Shown here piece after piece: positions 24,645-32,000 of a DNA stretch of 32,000 nt. A program made the position numbers and the translations under genes. Position 1 is the first letter of the stretch, and each line of letters begins with the position of its first letter. The stretch covers positions 4,830,001 through 4,862,000 of the forward strand of contig NC_010546.1 of the NCBI RefSeq assembly GCF_000017845.1, written 5' to 3'. Under the pieces are notes generated by a model. That model worked only from the letters and a program-made list of their open reading frames with translations, ran no database searches and was not told the DNA's origin. Source of the DNA: Crocosphaera subtropica ATCC 51142. GTDB lineage: Bacteria > Cyanobacteriota > Cyanobacteriia > Cyanobacteriales > Microcystaceae.

Positions 24645-24680
24645 GTCTTTTTTTAACGAGGGAATGGGGGTTTGAAACTA

Positions 24681-24709
24681 CTGCTTCCCCTGCTCCCTCT
24701 GCTCCCCTC
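24681..24709 (+). repeat. Pyrimidine-rich near-nonamer repeat CTGCT(T/C)CC(C/T) x3
   Basis: The sequence ctgcttccc ctgctccct ctgctcccc is read directly. It is related to the tracts at 8177-8233 and 16429-16452. Confidence 0.75.
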
Positions 24710-24943
24710 AACTAATAATCGCTATTGTTAATAAAGAGAATTGGTATGAGGTTGAACAGTCAGCATAATCTCTTCTTAATTTATGTCTTCAAATCTTAAT
24801 TTTATCATATTTATTTTAGATTATATTTAGTATATTTTACTTAGAAAGTCAATCAAAAAATCAGTTTATTGATAATTTTTAACAAGTTACACCCTAGAGA
24901 AAAACCTCGTTAAAATAAAGGTAAGAATTAGGGTTAAACATTT

Positions 24944-27430
24944 ATGGTAACAACGACGAAGGAAATAACTCCAACCAGCAATAGAGAAACAGCATTTATT
25001 TTATGGTTTGAAGAAGTTGGCAGTAAAGATGTGGGTTTAGTCGGGGGAAAAAACTCATCTTTAGGGGAAATGATTCAACAATTAAATCCTAAAGGGATTA
25101 ACGTTCCCACAGGATTTGCCACTACCGCTTATGCCTATCGTCACTTTATTGAATCAGCCGGATTAGAGTCAAGACTAAGAGATTTATTTGATGATTTAGA
25201 TGTTAATGATGTTGCTAATTTACAAGAAAGAGGACAACTCGCTCGTTCTTTAATTTTAAATACACCCTTTCCTGAAGAATTACAAGAAGCGATCAAAAAA
25301 GCCTATAAAACCTTATGCGATCGCTACAGTCATGAGTGCGGTAAACTCAGTGAAAAATACCGTGAAGAATGCGAAATAGAAACCCAAAACTTGGATGTAG
25401 CCGTTCGTTCTAGTGCCACGGCCGAAGATTTACCCAATGCTAGTTTTGCCGGACAACAAGAAACTTACCTCAATATTCATAGTGTCAAAGGAGTCCTAGA
25501 AGCCTGTCATAAATGCTTTGCATCTTTGTTTACCGATCGCGCTATTTCCTATCGTGAAAATAACGGATTTGATCACTTTGAAGTTGCCCTTTCCGTTGGG
25601 GTGCAAAAGATGGTTAGATCAGACCTAGCCTCCGCCGGGGTCATGTTTTCCATTGATACCGAAACCGGCTTTAGAAATGCGGCCTTAATTACCGCAGCCT
25701 ATGGGTTAGGAGAAAATGTGGTTCAAGGGTCTGTTAACCCCGATGAATATTACGTTTTTAAACCCACTTTAAAACAAGGATATCGACCTATTTTAGAAAA
25801 AAGAATCGGCACCAAAGCCATCAAAATGATCTACGATACTGGCGGATCAAAACTGACAAAAAATGTGGAAGTTTTACCAGAAGAACAAGAACAATTTTGT
25901 TTATCCGATGACGAAATTTTAAAACTAGGGGAATGGGCTTCTATTATTGAAGATCACTATTCCCAAGTCAGGGAAACTTATACCCCCATGGACATTGAAT
26001 GGGCAAAAGATGGACGAACCGGGGAACTCTACATTGTCCAAGCCCGACCTGAAACAGTACAAGCCCGTAAAGCTGGTAATATCCTCAAAACCTACCATTT
26101 AAAAGACCATAGTAACGTTCTTGCTATCGGACGGAGTGTAGGGGCTGCTATCGGTCAAGGAAAAGCCCGTGTGATTCTCGAAGCCAGTAAAATTGACCAG
26201 TTTAAACCAGGGGAAGTCCTCATTACCAACCGTACCGATCCCGACTGGGAACCCATCATGAAAAAAGCCAGTGCGATCGTCACTAACCAAGGGGGTAGAA
26301 CCTGTCACGCTGCGATTATTGCCCGTGAAATGGGCATTCCAGCCATTGTCGGTTGTGGAGATGCCACGGACAAAATCAAAACCCGTCAAGAAGTCACCAT
26401 CTGTTGTGCTGAAGGAGACGAAGGTAAGGTATATGAAGGGTTATTACCCTTTGAAGTCGAAGAAAACCAACTGGATAATTTACCCACCACCAAAACGCAA
26501 ATTTTAATGAACGTGGGCAACCCAGAAAAAGCCTTTTCTTTAGCTAGTATTCCCGCCCAAGGTGTCGGTTTAGCCCGTTTAGAATTCATTATTGCAAACC
26601 ATATTAAAGCCCATCCTTTAGCCTTAATGAAGTTCGATGAATTAGAAGATGAAGGGGTTAAAGAACAAATTACAGAACTAACCAAACGCTACGATGATAA
26701 ACCACAATTTTTCGTCGATAAATTAGCCAGAGGGGTGGCAACGATCGCAGCTTCATTTTATCCTAAACCCGTTATTGTGCGGATGTCTGACTTTAAAACC
26801 AATGAGTACGCCAACTTATTAGGAGGTCAACAATTTGAACCCAAAGAAGATAACCCTATGATTGGTTGGCGAGGTGCATCTCGTTATTATGATCCGATGT
26901 ATCGGGACGCATTTGCGTTGGAATGTCAGGCCATGAAAATGGTACGGGATGAGATGGGTTTGGTTAATGTTATCCCCATGATTCCGTTTTGTCGTACCCC
27001 AGAAGAAGGGAAAAAAGTTATTGCAGAGATGGCAAAACATGGGCTGAAACAGGGGGTTAATGACCTGAAAATTTATGTTATGTGTGAGTTACCCAGTAAC
27101 GTCATTTTAGCGGATCAATTTGCGGAAGTATTTGACGGTTTTTCTATTGGTTCTAATGATTTAACTCAGCTTACTTTGGGGTTAGATCGGGACTCTGCTT
27201 TAGTGGCTCAATTATTCGATGAAAGGAATGAAGGGGTGAAACGAATGGTTAAATTAGCCATAGAAACCGCTAAGAAAAAAGGCCGTAAAATTGGGATTTG
27301 TGGACAAGCACCGAGTGACTATCCAGAGTTTGCTAAATTCTTAGTGGAATTGGGTATTGATTCGATGAGTTTAAATCCTGATTCTGTCTTGAAAACTTTA
27401 TTAATGGTGGCAGAAGTTGAGAAGGGTTAA
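24944..27430 (+). CDS. ppsA: Phosphoenolpyruvate synthase (pyruvate, water dikinase)
   Basis: 828 aa. It has the N-terminal ATP-grasp segment (VGGKNSSLGEM), the phosphohistidine swivel motif GGRTCHAAIIAREMGIPAIVG, and a C-terminal PEP-utilising TIM barrel (GFSIGSNDLTQL). Confidence 0.92.
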   Translation: MVTTTKEITPTSNRETAFILWFEEVGSKDVGLVGGKNSSLGEMIQQLNPKGINVPTGFATTAYAYRHFIESAGLESRLRDLFDDLDVNDVANLQERGQLARSLILNTPFPEELQEAIKKAYKTLCDRYSHECGKLSEKYREECEIETQNLDVAVRSSATAEDLPNASFAGQQETYLNIHSVKGVLEACHKCFASLFTDRAISYRENNGFDHFEVALSVGVQKMVRSDLASAGVMFSIDTETGFRNAALITAAYGLGENVVQGSVNPDEYYVFKPTLKQGYRPILEKRIGTKAIKMIYDTGGSKLTKNVEVLPEEQEQFCLSDDEILKLGEWASIIEDHYSQVRETYTPMDIEWAKDGRTGELYIVQARPETVQARKAGNILKTYHLKDHSNVLAIGRSVGAAIGQGKARVILEASKIDQFKPGEVLITNRTDPDWEPIMKKASAIVTNQGGRTCHAAIIAREMGIPAIVGCGDATDKIKTRQEVTICCAEGDEGKVYEGLLPFEVEENQLDNLPTTKTQILMNVGNPEKAFSLASIPAQGVGLARLEFIIANHIKAHPLALMKFDELEDEGVKEQITELTKRYDDKPQFFVDKLARGVATIAASFYPKPVIVRMSDFKTNEYANLLGGQQFEPKEDNPMIGWRGASRYYDPMYRDAFALECQAMKMVRDEMGLVNVIPMIPFCRTPEEGKKVIAEMAKHGLKQGVNDLKIYVMCELPSNVILADQFAEVFDGFSIGSNDLTQLTLGLDRDSALVAQLFDERNEGVKRMVKLAIETAKKKGRKIGICGQAPSDYPEFAKFLVELGIDSMSLNPDSVLKTLLMVAEVEKG

Positions 27431-27491
27431 CTGAACTTTGTTATACCAAATCCGCAAACAAAAACCTACTTGATGTCAGGTTTTTAAGTAC

Positions 27492-27660
27492 ACTGATATC
27501 TTGCACTTTCGCTCAAACGAAGCTCCTTTAGGGAGGGAACAGCGAGTGTTTAATTTGCCGTCGTACGGCAAATGAAAGAAACACTCAAGACAGGGAACAG
27601 AGTGTATTTTGACGGTAACTCCTTAAGAATTGATTTCCTGTACTGGTGCAAGATATCAGT
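27492..27660. repeat. 169-bp structured, MITE-like element with 15-bp perfect terminal inverted repeats
   Basis: ACTGATATCTTGCAC (27492-27506) pairs with GTGCAAGATATCAGT (27646-27660). The internal hairpin is ATTTGCCG-tcgta-CGGCAAAT (27553-27573), extended by GAGTGTTT (27544-27551) / AAACACTC (27579-27586). An internal direct repeat GGGAACAG(C)GAGTGT is also present. There is no ORF. Confidence 0.45.
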
Positions 27661-27668
27661 TAGAGCCG

Positions 27669-28658
27669 TTAATTATTAATTGATGAAGTGCCAATTAAAA
27701 ATAATAAAGCCATTCTCACAGCAATGCCACTGGTAACTTGTTGTTGAATTAAACTAAAATTGGGATCATCCATTAACGCTGAACTAATTTCTACGCCACG
27801 ATTCACTGGACCTGGATGGAGTATTTTAACCTCAGGATGACATAATTCTAAGCGACGATGGGTAATACCATACTGTTGATGATATTCCCGTAAACTCGGT
27901 AATAAATAATCCGTCATTCTTTCCTTTTGCAACCGCAACGTCATGACAAAATCAGCCTTTTCTAAAGCTGGTTTAAGAGCCCAATGTAAAAACAATTGTC
28001 CTTCATGGGACTTATTTTGCATCCCTTTAAACCATTCCGGAACCAACGTCGGAGGACCAACTAAATGAACATCAGCACCGGCTGCGGTCAAACTCCAAAG
28101 ATTAGAACGGGCAACCCTTGAATGTAAAATGTCCCCAACGATCGCTATTTTTTTCCCTCTTAATAAGGCTAATCTAGGATTATCAAAATCCAGTAAACAA
28201 CACAACGTAAATAAATCTAATAATCCTTGGGATGGATGTTCGTGTTGTCCGTCCCCGGCGTTGAGAATACCCACCCCAGTCTCTAAACGATCCATTTCTT
28301 GTGCGATCGCCTGGGGGACTCCTGCTTGTTTGTGGCGAATGACCATCAAATTGGCTCCCATAGCTAAATAAGTTTTAGCCGTGTCTAAGATAGTTTCTCC
28401 CTTAGTCAGAGAAGAGCTTCCAGGGGAAAAATTCAAAATATCTGCCGAAAGACGCTTAGCAGCTAATTCAAAACTGCTCCGAGTACGGGTAGACGGTTCA
28501 AAAAATAGATTGGTTACCACCACCCCTTGAAGTGCCGGAACCTTCTTGGTGCGACTCGATAACACTTCACGGAAACTAGAAGCCGTTTTTAGTAGGGTAT
28601 TATATTCCTCAGATGTCCAATCCTTTAACCCTAAAACATGATGGCGAGTCCAAGTCAT
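27669..28658 (-). CDS. pyrB: Aspartate carbamoyltransferase catalytic subunit
   Basis: 329 aa. It carries the STRTRSSFE carbamoyl-phosphate motif, [10 protein letters not shown] and HPGPVNRG. Confidence 0.92.
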   Translation of the reverse strand: MTWTRHHVLGLKDWTSEEYNTLLKTASSFREVLSSRTKKVPALQGVVVTNLFFEPSTRTRSSFELAAKRLSADILNFSPGSSSLTKGETILDTAKTYLAMGANLMVIRHKQAGVPQAIAQEMDRLETGVGILNAGDGQHEHPSQGLLDLFTLCCLLDFDNPRLALLRGKKIAIVGDILHSRVARSNLWSLTAAGADVHLVGPPTLVPEWFKGMQNKSHEGQLFLHWALKPALEKADFVMTLRLQKERMTDYLLPSLREYHQQYGITHRRLELCHPEVKILHPGPVNRGVEISSALMDDPNFSLIQQQVTSGIAVRMALLFLIGTSSINN

Positions 28659-28854
28659 AAAATAGTCCTAATCGGGTTTGTTTCCAGACAAAATGAAACG
28701 AGCAACAGTAACCTATTGTATCTGAGAGGGTGACCCTTAATAAGAGTTTGCAGTTCGCAGTTAAAATAACTATATCTATACACCCGACAGCCTTGTTAGA
28801 ATTAAAAATGGGCTACCAAACAACAATAAAATTGTAATCATTGTGTAATCATCG

Positions 28855-29484
28855 ATGCTAAACATAACCAAGCCATTAAATAAACTACTGTGGACATTAG
28901 TGTTGAGTGGAGTTTCGACCTTATCTGTGTTAGCACAAGAAACACCAGAAAATCAGTCATCTCTCTTATCGCCAGAAACTGGCATAGATTACACACCTTT
29001 GCAAGAACAGTTACAACAAAAACGATGGCTAGAAGCTAACGAAAAAACCACTACCTTGATGTTGCGATCGGTTAATCGTGAACAACAAGGTTGGATACCT
29101 CAAGAGGAGGTGAAAAATATTGCTTGTTGGGATCTTAGAACCATTGATGATCTCTGGAAACAATATTCAGGGGGAAGATTTGGCTTTACCGTTCAGTTTC
29201 CTATCTTTGTTGAAACTGGCAATCGACCTGGCCGCTTAGTGGATACGGAAGCTTATGACAACTTCGGAACCCGCATCGGATGGCGCAAAGATGGGCAATG
29301 GATACAATTCAAATATAGTCTTGACTACAGTTTAGATGCTCCTGTTGGTCATTTGCCTAACCCTCGCCCAGAATACCAAATCACAGGGGGGAGACTCAAT
29401 TACACCGCCCTAACGCAAAGAATGGTAGAGTGCGGTCTGGTGGCTTATTCTGATCCAAGAAGGCCTTTGAATTATCAACCTTAA
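28855..29484 (+). CDS. GUN4-domain protein with an N-terminal signal peptide
   Basis: 209 aa. The predicted signal peptide is MLNITKPLNKLLWTLVLSGVSTLSVLA. The GUN4 core pattern follows: DYTPLQEQLQQKRWLEANEKTTTLML...IACWDLRTIDDLWKQYSGGRFGFTVQ...RIGWRKDGQW...APVGHLP. Confidence 0.8.
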   Translation: MLNITKPLNKLLWTLVLSGVSTLSVLAQETPENQSSLLSPETGIDYTPLQEQLQQKRWLEANEKTTTLMLRSVNREQQGWIPQEEVKNIACWDLRTIDDLWKQYSGGRFGFTVQFPIFVETGNRPGRLVDTEAYDNFGTRIGWRKDGQWIQFKYSLDYSLDAPVGHLPNPRPEYQITGGRLNYTALTQRMVECGLVAYSDPRRPLNYQP

Positions 29485-29595
29485 TCAGCTTTTAGAGCAA
29501 CTTTTCCTTTTAATCTCTATGGAAATTAACGAAACTTAAAACCCAAAACCCATTTATTTTGCTAGATTCTAAATGATCGTAAAGATATTAGTTCC

Positions 29596-30957
29596 ATGAA
29601 ACCCCTCAACGTCTCTCAACAATGGTTAGGAACCGCCTTAATGGTTTCTCTGTTAACCACAGGTTGTGCCAGTAACGAACCCACCGCCACAGGACCCCAA
29701 GCAGTTGAGGTAAAGTTACAAACCCTCCAACCAGCAACCCTAGTTAATAGTAATGCCTATGTGGGAACCCTCGAAGCCAGACAACGGGTAGAATTAGCCC
29801 CTAGTCGTACCAATGGGAGAATTAAGGCAATTTTCGTCCAAGAAGGGGATGTAGTGCGCCAAGGGCAAAGATTAATCGAAATTGAACCCCAACAACAACA
29901 ACAAGACTTAGTGGCCGCTACGGGTAATCTTAAGGTAGCGATGGCTGATCTCAAAGCAGCAGAAGCTGAATATCGTCAAAGAGAAGCAGAACGCGATCGC
30001 GCTAAAGCTGACGTGGAAAACGCTAAAGCCACTTTAGCCAGCACTGACGCTGAAGTACAAAGGGTACAAGCAGAGCTAACGTTAGCCAAACAAAACTATG
30101 ATCGCGCAAAATTCCTTGAATCAGAAGATGTTGTCCCCACACAAACCCTTGACGACGCAACCCGTACCCTCAACGCAACTCAAGCTCAACTGCAATCTAC
30201 CATTAAAACCCGTGATGCTTCTAGAGAAGCACTCAACGCACAACAAAATAATTTACAAGCGGCCGAAAGACGAGTTGAGCAAGCATTAGCAAATGTGGAT
30301 AGTCGTCGCTCGTCCATTGTTCAAGCGCAAGGACAACAGGGAGCGACGGCAGTGACCCTAGGGTATAATTTCCTAGAGGCTCCCATTACTGGGGTCATTG
30401 GTGAGTTTAACGAGAAAAAAATTGGGGATAGTGTCAGCATCGGTGAACGGATCACCACCATTACTGACAATCAAGTTTTTTATCTCAACGTCAATATTCC
30501 CATAGAAAACCGCAACCGTCTTCGTCAAGGACTTCCTGTTGAACTGGTTAACCAGGATGGAAGTCCAGGGGTTCAAGGACAAATCACCTATATTGCTCCT
30601 CAAGTGGATCAAAATGCTCAGTCGGTTCTGGTGAAAATGGCCTTTCGTAACGATGGTAGCCTACGGGATAGACAGTATGTGCGAGCGAGAGTCATCTGGG
30701 ATAGACAACCAGGGGTTTTGGTTCCTACCACTGCGGTTAGTAGTTTAGGGGGACAAAAATTTGTCTTTTTAGCTCAATCAGGAGAGTCTCAAGATGGTTT
30801 AGTGGCCAAACAAGTTCCCGTGGAAGTCGGAGCCATTCAAGGTCAATCTTATCAGGTGATTTCTGGCGTTAAACCCGGCGATCGCATTGCGGTTAGTCGT
30901 ATTCTTGATTTAAAAGATGGTCGTGCTATTAAAGAAGCCTCTTTAACAACTCAATAA
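29596..30957 (+). CDS. Efflux-pump periplasmic adaptor (membrane fusion protein, HlyD/RND-MFP family) lipoprotein
   Basis: 453 aa. The lipobox is LLTTGCAS. It has a biotinyl-lipoyl-like segment (VQEGDVVRQGQRLIEIE), a long coiled-coil hairpin of about 170 aa, and then beta-barrel and membrane-proximal segments (LEAPITGVIG...VPTTAV...FVFL). Confidence 0.85.
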   Translation: MKPLNVSQQWLGTALMVSLLTTGCASNEPTATGPQAVEVKLQTLQPATLVNSNAYVGTLEARQRVELAPSRTNGRIKAIFVQEGDVVRQGQRLIEIEPQQQQQDLVAATGNLKVAMADLKAAEAEYRQREAERDRAKADVENAKATLASTDAEVQRVQAELTLAKQNYDRAKFLESEDVVPTQTLDDATRTLNATQAQLQSTIKTRDASREALNAQQNNLQAAERRVEQALANVDSRRSSIVQAQGQQGATAVTLGYNFLEAPITGVIGEFNEKKIGDSVSIGERITTITDNQVFYLNVNIPIENRNRLRQGLPVELVNQDGSPGVQGQITYIAPQVDQNAQSVLVKMAFRNDGSLRDRQYVRARVIWDRQPGVLVPTTAVSSLGGQKFVFLAQSGESQDGLVAKQVPVEVGAIQGQSYQVISGVKPGDRIAVSRILDLKDGRAIKEASLTTQ

Positions 30958-30960
30958 CGT

Positions 30961-30988
30961 GAGTTCGATGTTAGGAGTTTGGAGTGCG
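30961..30988 (+). repeat. Degenerate heptamer array of the GAGTTCG family (GAGTTCG ATGTTAG GAGTTTG GAGTGCG)
   Basis: It starts 3 nt after the adaptor gene stop. It shares the 12-mer junction AACGTGAGTTCG with the array at 24612-24623. Confidence 0.7.
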
Positions 30989-31145
30989 ACTACGTCGTGC
31001 TAAGCAACGGAGCTACTATCAGGTATAGTATTGCAAGAGATTTCATCTCAGTTTTCCATAGATTCTCTTCCGTCGAACTCAGGTTGGTATAAGATCAATC
31101 CTTCACAATTAACGATAATTCTTCAATTCATGTTGGGTGAGAGCT

Positions 31146-32000
31146 TCAATTGATTTGATAAATATCGAATAAAGGTGTCTCTTCAAATAATTTATATTGA
31201 TGATTAAAATTCTGAAAATTTTTTGAGAGAGACTTTGTTTTCTTCAGTCTATAATCTCCTAATGATTCATATTTGGGATAAAGTAAATAAAAATCCTCTT
31301 CACATTCTGCGACAAAGGTTAAATCTTGTTGATTGACATATTGATTAATATATTCTTGGTTGCGAATGTTTCTATATCTTTCTTGGGGATGACAAACTGT
31401 TGATTGAGGAGGAATTTTTTCCAGTGCTTGACTAATATCAGAGGTATTAGGAACCCTGGGCATTCCGCCACGACTACTAATATAGTTAGCAAAATATTGA
31501 ATATTAATTAATAGGGAAATTGTGATACAGATGATAATAAAACCAATCAAGATTTTTTCCAACTTTTTAGAAAAATCAAGATAAGCTAAACTACACATAG
31601 TTAAGAAAATAGGAGCTAAGTAAATTAAAATTTTATAAAATACAGGATTATAAGTTTTTTCTAAATCTGTTGAAGAATAAGCCAATAAAAAGACTCCCCA
31701 AATAATGAATAAGCTATAAAAAATTGTTTTATTTCCTTTAAATTTGTAAATACTAATGACTAAAATTAGTAATAAAAAAATGATAGAAATTAGCAAGCTT
31801 TTTGAAGAATTACCAATAAAATAAACCCCTTGTCCTAAATCAATATAACCTGAAAAAATGGCTTGAAATCTTTGTAGTAAGGAAACACTATGACCCTCTT
31901 CTGTACTAGAGTCAAAAACCAGTTGAATAATTCGCTGTGTATTGATCCAGTTACGTCCAAATTCCCCTATCCAATAAGGTGTTAAAGTTACTAAGGTTGT
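31146..32000 (-). CDS. Polytopic membrane protein, 5' end outside the window (possibly glycosyltransferase- or polymerase-like)
   Basis: The track starts at a TTG at 31796. My own translation shows the frame stays open upstream to nt 32000 (...TLTPYWIGEFGRNWINTQRIIQLVFDSSTEEGHSVSLLQRFQAIFSGYIDLGQGVYFIGNSSKS-LLISIIF...). It has several TM helices and is very AT-rich. The family is not identified. Confidence 0.55.
   Translation of the reverse strand, partial: TTLVTLTPYWIGEFGRNWINTQRIIQLVFDSSTEEGHSVSLLQRFQAIFSGYIDLGQGVYFIGNSSKSLLISIIFLLLILVISIYKFKGNKTIFYSLFIIWGVFLLAYSSTDLEKTYNPVFYKILIYLAPIFLTMCSLAYLDFSKKLEKILIGFIIICITISLLINIQYFANYISSRGGMPRVPNTSDISQALEKIPPQSTVCHPQERYRNIRNQEYINQYVNQQDLTFVAECEEDFYLLYPKYESLGDYRLKKTKSLSKNFQNFNHQYKLFEETPLFDIYQIN

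Noticed and set aside
26099-27040. Four ORFs inside ppsA (26099-26389, 26271-26507, 26386-26685, 26819-27040).
   Set aside because: They are antisense or out of frame within a highly conserved 828-aa PEP synthase gene and are shadow frames.
28129-30612. ORFs 28129-28371 (antisense to pyrB) and 29757-29954, 30098-30289 and 30373-30612 (within the adaptor gene).
   Set aside because: They are shadow frames of well-supported genes. Their translations are compositionally odd (Cys/Trp-rich or low-complexity).
29596-30957. The adaptor protein considered as the type I secretion MFP for the RTX giant.
   Set aside because: It has a lipoprotein signal (LLTTGC) typical of RND/MacA-type adaptors rather than the N-terminal TM anchor of HlyD-type T1SS adaptors. 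It lies 16 kb away with unrelated genes between, and no ABC exporter is adjacent. The link cannot be excluded, but it is unsupported.

Overview
This is a chromosomal segment from a cyanobacterium. The evidence is about 15 copies (counted by eye) of the HIP1 octamer GCGATCGC, plus psbZ and a GUN4-domain gene. The AT-rich background looks like a unicellular Cyanothece/Crocosphaera-type genome, but the species cannot be determined from the sequence alone. I support 27 protein genes. I found no rRNA, tRNA, CRISPR, transposase, integrase, phage gene or recognisable defence system. Most genes are housekeeping: Lon-N domain protein, pheA, a GH3 glycosidase, rbfA, a phosphoribosyltransferase, ribH, psbZ, a phosphohexomutase, an MscS channel, an O-methyltransferase, thiS-thiE, tal, ppsA and pyrB. 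Six things deserve a second look. (1) A cell-envelope cluster at 1.7-5.5 kb holds two diverged, Sec-exported YkuD/Tlde1-like paralogues. One sits in a bicistron with a Cys-rich SH3b protein, and the pair brackets an Hsp20 gene and a DUF2267-like gene. (2) A 1738-aa, cysteine-free, very acidic RTX protein contains a duplicated [Calx-beta-like + PPC] supermodule. It lies behind a 775-bp leader full of palindromes and tandem repeats, with no type I secretion genes nearby. (3) A signal-peptide-bearing GUN4-domain protein sits directly upstream of an orphan efflux-adaptor lipoprotein. (4) GAGTTCG heptamer arrays sit in sense orientation 3-14 nt after the stop codons of three unrelated genes. (5) A 169-bp structured, MITE-like element with 15-bp perfect terminal inverted repeats lies between ppsA and pyrB. 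(6) Smaller items include an InrS-like H-C-H-C metal sensor with no transporter partner, the transaldolase-EF-hand fusion, a psbZ terminator abutting the ribH start, and a 760-bp spacer with no credible gene. No single obvious novel multi-gene system stands out; items 1-3 are the best candidates. All calls rest on reading the sequence and recalling family motifs. No searches or statistics were run, and domain boundaries are approximate.
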